Below are positions 58,035 through 64,000 of a stretch of 64,000 bases of DNA, one piece after another. Both the position numbers and the translations under genes were made by a program. The stretch spans positions 232,722-296,721 of the forward strand of contig CBFHTA010000001.1 in NCBI GenBank assembly GCA_965658655.1, written 5' to 3'. The DNA comes from Candidatus Babelota bacterium. Lineage in GTDB: Bacteria > Babelota > Babeliae > Babelales > CAIQNR01. Numbering within the stretch: the first letter of the stretch is position 1; the number at the start of each line of letters is the position of its first letter. Under the pieces are notes generated by a model that ran no database searches, had not been told where the DNA came from, and saw only the letters and a program-made list of their open reading frames with translations.

Positions 58035-58292
58035 AAAGTCCTCTTTTTATTTTTATAACAGAAAATTAGAGTCTATAGAGTTAAGAATAGAATAAAAAAG
58101 TTATGAATATCGATAGTTTTTGTAATCAAGATTGTAGTCTACAGTTGGTTTAGCGTATTTGGCAGGTTTTAAAAGACCGGTAGGAGTATTAATAGGAGTT
58201 CTTTCTTTTGTATGTCTCTTGTTAATCTTGTATCTCCTTCTTCTGATATGTTAATATTTTTTATTTAGATTGTTTTTATAAAGGAGTAGGTT

Positions 58293-59354
58293 TTGAAGAA
58301 AAAATTAATTTCGTTTTTAGTGTTCGGTGCCTTTCTTTCTCTTAAGGCGGAATTTGTTGCATTTAAAAAATTTATAAATACAGAAACTGGTAAAACTGTT
58401 TATATGTTATATGACATTCACGTTTCTTTAGAAGTGAGTCCTATCTCTCGTGAGGTGTTTATGAGCCATAAGGGTCAGATTCAAGAACAGATGAGAGTAT
58501 TATCTTTGCAGATAATAAAAAATTACCGAAATAAAAAACTTACGGAATCTCAAAAAGAAGAATTAAATGAACCACTGGAGCAAGAAAAACAAATGCTGGC
58601 TAAGAAATATGCCGAACTTTTTAGAAGAAAACATCTTCCCAGTTTATATAAGCAACAAAGGGAATTACTTGCGTTAGTTAAGCGGTGTGGTTTGTCTTTA
58701 GTAAATGAAGATTGGAGAGATCAAACATTAGATGTAGATTATGATGCAAATGCAGGAAAAGATCTGCAATTTTTACTTGGAAACAAGATTTATCGAGAGT
58801 CTATGAGGTCTTCTGTAACTCCTATGCAAGGAATAGGTGAAAAATTAGTTGGTAACTACACAGAGAACAAGCTCGTGTTAGTTCCAGGGTCAGAAGACGC
58901 TTATTACTATAATGTAGAGACGCGATTAGGAAGTAGTGTAGATCCTTCAGATGGAGCAGGAGCAGTTGATAAGCAGATTATGAAAGGCGTTAAAAAAATA
59001 CTTGAAGATAAGGATAAAAAAGCAGTTATTGTTTCTGTAGGGGCTTCTCATGGGGGACGTATTTCAGAAATATTAACTAAAGAAAAAGGGTATATAGGTC
59101 ATGATTTGAAAATTAACTCAGGGTTAATTGGTTGGTTTTCTCCAGCGAAACTAAAGGGTATTGTTAAATCTTTAAAAGAGAATAAAGAGCCAGATCTAAC
59201 AAACATAGAAACTTCTATTCAACGCAGATTCGCTTCTTATCCTATTGACTTGTTTCGCATCTTTTCAGAAGAACTACCTACATGTAAGTTGTCTACCGAC
59301 TCTCTTGGAACATTTGAGCATGAAATAAGTAGTTTTATAAAAAGTTTTTTTTAA
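58293..59354 (+). CDS. Secreted protein, possible TraB/TIKI/EreA-like fold
   Basis: TTG start after AAGGAG; YMLYDIH, LVNED, VIVSVGASH. Confidence 0.7.
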   Translation: MKKKLISFLVFGAFLSLKAEFVAFKKFINTETGKTVYMLYDIHVSLEVSPISREVFMSHKGQIQEQMRVLSLQIIKNYRNKKLTESQKEELNEPLEQEKQMLAKKYAELFRRKHLPSLYKQQRELLALVKRCGLSLVNEDWRDQTLDVDYDANAGKDLQFLLGNKIYRESMRSSVTPMQGIGEKLVGNYTENKLVLVPGSEDAYYYNVETRLGSSVDPSDGAGAVDKQIMKGVKKILEDKDKKAVIVSVGASHGGRISEILTKEKGYIGHDLKINSGLIGWFSPAKLKGIVKSLKENKEPDLTNIETSIQRRFASYPIDLFRIFSEELPTCKLSTDSLGTFEHEISSFIKSFF

Positions 59355-59439
59355 AGTGTGCTAAGGGAAAGAAATAAGCCCACCTATAATGCCAATAATA
59401 GATTTTTTATAGATGCATTCCTCTCCCTATCCTTAGGGA

Positions 59440-59769
59440 TTAACCTTCGAGTACTGGTGTTAAAGGGAAGCTCTGTGGAATCAAAATATCACGAATAATA
59501 GTGGCTTGTTGTTGTGTAACATGTGTTATATCCGTTTTAGTTGCTATATAGAAACCGTTTGGTTGTTGATGAGCATTTGTATATAAGGTGGCAAGTGTTT
59601 TTTGGTCTAATTTTCTAAGAACATTTACTATCTCTTTAAATTTTTGTCTTTGTTCTGGGATACGTCTTTCTTGTATTCTTATGCGTTGCACTCGAAGAGC
59701 TTGAAGGGAGGGGGTTACGCTGCTTGCCAGCAAAACAAATATCAATTTTTTCATAACTTTTACTTTCAT
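59440..59769 (-). CDS. Small secreted hypothetical protein
   Basis: MKKLIFVLLASSVTPSLQA leader; start uncertain. Confidence 0.65.
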   Translation of the reverse strand: MKVKVMKKLIFVLLASSVTPSLQALRVQRIRIQERRIPEQRQKFKEIVNVLRKLDQKTLATLYTNAHQQPNGFYIATKTDITHVTQQQATIIRDILIPQSFPLTPVLEG

Positions 59770-59989
59770 TGCATTATTATTAAAGAGTGAAATGAGCTTT
59801 TTTAAAATATAAAATTGGTGCGAAACGATACTATGCCAAATAGAGTACCAGGTTATTCTTTTTTTTAAAGATGATAACTTAGGGAAAGTAAGCATAGACA
59901 GTAGAATTTAAGCCTGGGTGTTTCAAAAGGGTCTCAGGGTCTTGATTGTGTGTTTGTCTCTTTGCTATTATTTCCTATAGGAGGTTGTT

Positions 59990-60823
59990 ATGAAAAAGAC
60001 GTGTTTTTTGATTTTGGGTTCTTTGCTTTGTTTCCAGCAAAATTTTTCTCGGTCTATGGATTATAAAAATTTGTTTGCCGATCTTAAAAAATATAAAAAA
60101 ACTCGCGGTGGTGCTCATGCGGGACATTTATATGAACATATGGTGTGGGTTAGTAAAGCTATGGATAAGCTTTTTGAGAAGAAGTCTCAATGGGTGGATG
60201 ATTTTGATAATCAAGATCGTAGATTAATGGTTATTGCCGCTTTCATGCACGATATTGGCAAAGCAGGAGATCTTAAATATGAGTATTTCTTAAAACCTTC
60301 TCATCCACGCGATGGCTTTGAATATTTTATAGGTAAAAAACCTTATCTTCTTAATGGTGAGGGAGACACGTATAATTTTGATGCTTGGTGCAAGCATATG
60401 AATTTGCATAGTCAAGATAAAGCAACAGTTGCTGTATTAATTGCTATGCATCAAGAGTTTGGAAAAATACTTTCTCAAATTAAAAAGAATCCAACGCAAA
60501 CGGTTGCGTGTTTTGATGAATTTATAAAGTTGCTTGAAGGTTATTCCTATGAAGCAAATTATAACGGTGGATTTCCTGATCAACGCATTATACGTATGAG
60601 TATGGCTATGACACGCGCTGATCTTGAGGGTATGTTCCCGGTAGATCATCCCATTAAGCAAGCGCCAGAGCTAAAAGATTATCCACAAACATTAAAGGCC
60701 GTTCGTCTTGCATCGGTACAGTTGCTTGATACTGTTGGCTATGCAGCAGCACAGCTTTTATTACAACGATTTAAACATAGAATGTACGCTTATGTTGATA
60801 GTAATAGTTCTAGAAAAGCGTAA
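59990..60823 (+). CDS. Signal-peptide HD-domain phosphohydrolase
   Basis: LYEH, AAFMHDIGK, HP.DG, MH, AD; GGAGG SD. Confidence 0.85.
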   Translation: MKKTCFLILGSLLCFQQNFSRSMDYKNLFADLKKYKKTRGGAHAGHLYEHMVWVSKAMDKLFEKKSQWVDDFDNQDRRLMVIAAFMHDIGKAGDLKYEYFLKPSHPRDGFEYFIGKKPYLLNGEGDTYNFDAWCKHMNLHSQDKATVAVLIAMHQEFGKILSQIKKNPTQTVACFDEFIKLLEGYSYEANYNGGFPDQRIIRMSMAMTRADLEGMFPVDHPIKQAPELKDYPQTLKAVRLASVQLLDTVGYAAAQLLLQRFKHRMYAYVDSNSSRKA

Positions 60824-60827
60824 CTTG

Positions 60828-61109
60828 TTATTTAACTAATGAAAATCTTGGAGCTCCATTCACTAACGATATAAAGTTATCGTAATCCCGAGCCCATTCA
60901 TGTGTTCCATCAGTGTATTGAACAATAGGGCGCTGAGTAAGTACGTTCGTACTTATGCTGTTAATTGTGTAATGAATTTCGGGTTTTTTGTGGTGAGCAA
61001 ATTTCGCTCCAATGGGAACGCGTTGCTTAGCTTCCTTTAGTTCTTGTTGAAGTTGTACAGGATCCTTTTTAGGTGCACGTGTAGCACTGCTTCTATCTTT
61101 TTGAACCAT
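60828..61109 (-). CDS. DUF1653-like protein
   Basis: F.HHK..Y, IVQY, WARDYDNF, PRF. Confidence 0.75.
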   Translation of the reverse strand: MVQKDRSSATRAPKKDPVQLQQELKEAKQRVPIGAKFAHHKKPEIHYTINSISTNVLTQRPIVQYTDGTHEWARDYDNFISLVNGAPRFSLVK

Positions 61110-61140
61110 TTTTTCCTTCCTCTGTAAATAACTGGTGGTT

Positions 61141-61455
61141 CTATTGTATTTCTTTCACTGAAGATTGTTCTTCGTGGTATCGAGCAAGAAGTGGTATTAC
61201 TTTAGAGAGTACAGTGGGTATACTATCTGATTTTTCAAGACCTCCATAATTTTCGGGGAAGCGGTCTTGGCAATCATTTTCTATAAGTAACCAGTTGCTT
61301 AGCGCATTTACATTTATGGGGTATTTTGTTTTAAGTAAATCGGTTACTTCTTTTTCAGTAATTCCATGAGGAGAAACGAATGCTACAATTTGTGCTTTTG
61401 TGTCTGCTGTGTGAATAGAGCAGCTTACAACAAGAAGAGTAATGAGTAATTTCAT
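61141..61455 (-). CDS. Small secreted hypothetical protein
   Basis: MKLLITLLVVSCSIHTA leader. Confidence 0.65.
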   Translation of the reverse strand: MKLLITLLVVSCSIHTADTKAQIVAFVSPHGITEKEVTDLLKTKYPINVNALSNWLLIENDCQDRFPENYGGLEKSDSIPTVLSKVIPLLARYHEEQSSVKEIQ

Positions 61456-61579
61456 GTGAAGTTCTCTATTCTTAAAAGGGTTGTTTTGCTCTGATTTTTT
61501 CAATTGTTAGATTGCTTCTTTACTTTAGTGTATGTTACACCTGCTTATGAACGTTTATTCTAACAAAAGGAGTTGTAGT

Positions 61580-62407
61580 GTGAAGAAAATATTATTGTTT
61601 TCACTTTTGTTCTCTAGTTTTATTTCTTCTTCAGGTAAAAAAATTGTGGTTATTGGAGGTGCTTCTGATATTGGTCAAGCATTGGTCAAGAATCTTTTAA
61701 AGAAAGATCATACTGTAGTTGCTGTAGATAACGATCAAGCAATGTTGGCTCACATGCAAAAGCATCATGGAAATAGTTTAATTATCCAACATATCTCTAT
61801 TACTAAAGTGGAAGAAGCACGTGCATCTTTTAAAGATCTTATAGAGAAAATAGGAGGTCTTGATATTTGTATTCTTGCTTGTGCAGTAGCTCCAGAAATC
61901 AGACAATACGGATTGTTGCATGATGGCGATATTCCGTGGAGCGCTTCAAAAGAAACCATAGAGGTAAATGTGCTAGGAACAACGGCATTTGCCAATGTAG
62001 CTTTAAACCATTTTATTGACCAACAGAAAGGTTACTTGGTTGGGATTTCTTCTCTCGATTCGTTAGTTGGTCATCCAGGTTGTCCATGTTATACAGCATC
62101 AAAAGCATTTATGTCTAACTATCTTGGAGCCATGCGCAAAAAATGCTCTCGTCTTAAATTGCATAATATTACACTATGCGATATTCGATGGAGTTTTGTT
62201 CAACAGGTAGAAGACGAGTTGGCTATTGGATGGACAAACGATCCAGACAAAGCGGCTATTGAAATGCTCAAGGCTATCGAACAAAAAAAACAAGTTGCTT
62301 ATATTATGGATCGATGGAGTCTTGCACTCTGGAGTTTGATGGCAATACCGTCTCTTGTTCAAAATGCCCTTAGTGGATTGAGTGTTATTAAAATGTCTTA
62401 TAAATAG
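61580..62407 (+). CDS. SDR-family oxidoreductase with N-terminal leader
   Basis: GTG after AAGGAG; GGASDIG, VNVLG, ISS, YTASK. Confidence 0.88.
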   Translation: MKKILLFSLLFSSFISSSGKKIVVIGGASDIGQALVKNLLKKDHTVVAVDNDQAMLAHMQKHHGNSLIIQHISITKVEEARASFKDLIEKIGGLDICILACAVAPEIRQYGLLHDGDIPWSASKETIEVNVLGTTAFANVALNHFIDQQKGYLVGISSLDSLVGHPGCPCYTASKAFMSNYLGAMRKKCSRLKLHNITLCDIRWSFVQQVEDELAIGWTNDPDKAAIEMLKAIEQKKQVAYIMDRWSLALWSLMAIPSLVQNALSGLSVIKMSYK

Positions 62408-62488
62408 AGTCTTGAGTAGAAATCTTGATTAGAAGGGGCAAACATGCTAAAACCAAAAGATATATCCATAACTTAGTAAGGAGTAACT

Positions 62489-62689
62489 ATGGGAACTTTG
62501 TACCATAACAAAAATATCGGAGCAGCCTTTGTTCTTATGGGCTCTATTTTGCTCATCATGCTTGCAGGTGAATGGGTTATTAAATTGCTTTTTATTTTTC
62601 TGTCACTCATGTGTATTGATTATGGATTACGCTTGATGGGTAATGGATCATTAATGCAAATGGTAAGGCGTTGGTTAAACAGTTTGTGA
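62489..62689 (+). CDS. Small two-TM protein
   Basis: AAGGAG SD; 66 aa, hydrophobic. Confidence 0.75.
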   Translation: MGTLYHNKNIGAAFVLMGSILLIMLAGEWVIKLLFIFLSLMCIDYGLRLMGNGSLMQMVRRWLNSL

Positions 62690-62712
62690 ACTAAACAAAG
62701 AAAGGAGAGTTC

Positions 62713-63708
62713 ATGGCTAAGTTTTCTATAAAAAATGCGTTGGTGTATGGCTTTAGTGCCTATGCAAAGCATTTTATGCTTCTCGTAGCGATTGGATTAA
62801 CATTTGGAGCGGTCCAATGGGGATTAACTGGAGTTCCGAATCTTGTTAAGGAACAACTAGGAATAAAATCTCATGTAGCATCTGTAAATCTAGGTAAAAA
62901 AATGGGCCCTAAGGCTGCAATGGCTCATGGCGCAATGCGTAAATCACCAGTTCAAATGGGTGCTGCGGGTTCTAAAACAGCACAGATTCACCATCATCTT
63001 TTAGAAACAGGTCGCATAATACATCATACACTTGCACACAAAGCATATGGGTACATGGATAATGATCCAGGCCAATTATTTGTATTATTCTTGGTTTGGT
63101 TGGCAATATTTTGTCTGTGGGTATTTTTGTCTATGGGGCTTATTCGAGTATCGCTTGATATTGTAGATAAAGACACGAGTTCTTACGAGCGACTCTTCTC
63201 TCAAAGAGCACAATTTTTCCCATTCTTAGGAGTGTGGGTTGTATTTGCTCTTTTATGGTTTGTTATATTCTTAGGCTCTATTTTAGCGGGTGTTGTTATT
63301 GGTGGGTTGCTTGCAATTCCATTGGTTTACATCTTCTCAGATGCAGGAGCAATGATTAGTGGTCTTGTTGGATTTGTTGCGGGTATGGTAGTGTACATTA
63401 AGTTTATCATGCGTTACTTCTTCTCTACTTTCTGTTTAATAGACAAAAAGCAAGGTATCCACAAAGCATTTAGCTGTACCTATGAGATAACCAAAGGTTC
63501 AGTGCTTCGTTTATTAGTTCTTGGAATCATATTGAGTATTCCATTTATCTTTACAAGTGGCAGTGTTCATTTGCATGCACGTTTAGGAAACATGGTTGCT
63601 AATGACAGTTATCATGCAGGTATAATTGCAAAACTTATACTTGGTGTCTTTGTGGTATGGTATTCATTGTGTATTTCATATGTGTACAGAAAGTTGAGCA
63701 AGAAATAA
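62713..63708 (+). CDS. Multi-pass membrane protein (DUF975/YciC-like)
   Basis: About six TM segments; F..ID...GI..AF....ITKG..LRL; ends YVYRKL. Confidence 0.75.
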   Translation: MAKFSIKNALVYGFSAYAKHFMLLVAIGLTFGAVQWGLTGVPNLVKEQLGIKSHVASVNLGKKMGPKAAMAHGAMRKSPVQMGAAGSKTAQIHHHLLETGRIIHHTLAHKAYGYMDNDPGQLFVLFLVWLAIFCLWVFLSMGLIRVSLDIVDKDTSSYERLFSQRAQFFPFLGVWVVFALLWFVIFLGSILAGVVIGGLLAIPLVYIFSDAGAMISGLVGFVAGMVVYIKFIMRYFFSTFCLIDKKQGIHKAFSCTYEITKGSVLRLLVLGIILSIPFIFTSGSVHLHARLGNMVANDSYHAGIIAKLILGVFVVWYSLCISYVYRKLSKK

Positions 63709-64000
63709 TTAAAGCTTACGCTTAAATTTCTTTTCGACACTTAAAGTATCTAACAACCAACTGGTTGGGCGGCCGTGAGGGCACGAAAATCGGTTGGTTG
63801 TTTTATTTAGATCACGTAATAGTTGTTCTATTTTTTCTGTTGATAGTACATCACCTGCTTTAACAGCAGATTTACATGCCATTTGAGCACGTAGTCGTTC
63901 GGTAATTGTTTTAAAGAAAGCGTCTTTATCTGTTTCATCTGTATCTCTAATGGTACTCAATACTTCTTGAATGAGTTCATGCATATCAATATGTTTGGCG
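63709..64000 (-). CDS. mutL: DNA mismatch repair protein MutL, C-terminal part
   Basis: ACKSAVKAGD and CPHGRP endonuclease motifs; 5' part outside the window. Confidence 0.92.
   Translation of the reverse strand, partial: AKHIDMHELIQEVLSTIRDTDETDKDAFFKTITERLRAQMACKSAVKAGDVLSTEKIEQLLRDLNKTTNRFSCPHGRPTSWLLDTLSVEKKFKRKL

Noticed and set aside
56812..63708. Possible genomic island downstream of tRNA-Glu
   Set aside because: No integrase and no duplicated tRNA 3' end seen; orphan density is similar elsewhere in the window

Overview
AT-rich, gene-dense bacterial chromosome segment with about 60 CDS and 2 tRNAs. I see no rRNA, transposase, integrase or CRISPR array. Gene content (many signal-peptide orphans, ankyrin and LRR proteins, T2SS, type-2 ValRS, isolated ftsQAZ, nucleoside salvage) suggests a host-dependent diderm such as Candidatus Dependentiae/TM6; this is inference only. 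Housekeeping genes: valS, tyrS, hisS, ybeY, secA, galE, ftsA, ftsZ, alr, mgtE, two SpoU methylases, an RluA-family synthase, bamD, tamB and the 3' end of mutL. A gspF-G-H-I-J-K-like operon runs directly into a long MCE gene, and gspE lies about 37 kb away. The best candidates for undescribed biology are Sec-exported, host-directed proteins: (1) three tandem ankyrin proteins with a degenerate RING/U-box domain beside gspE, one a visible chimera preceded by a perfect 33-bp palindrome; (2) a Pro-rich protein with SCAR/WAVE VCA-like motifs; (3) five signal-peptide proteins resembling alpha-crystallin (Hsp20) domains; (4) two TraB/TIKI-like proteins. All family calls are from motif reading by eye; no searches were run.
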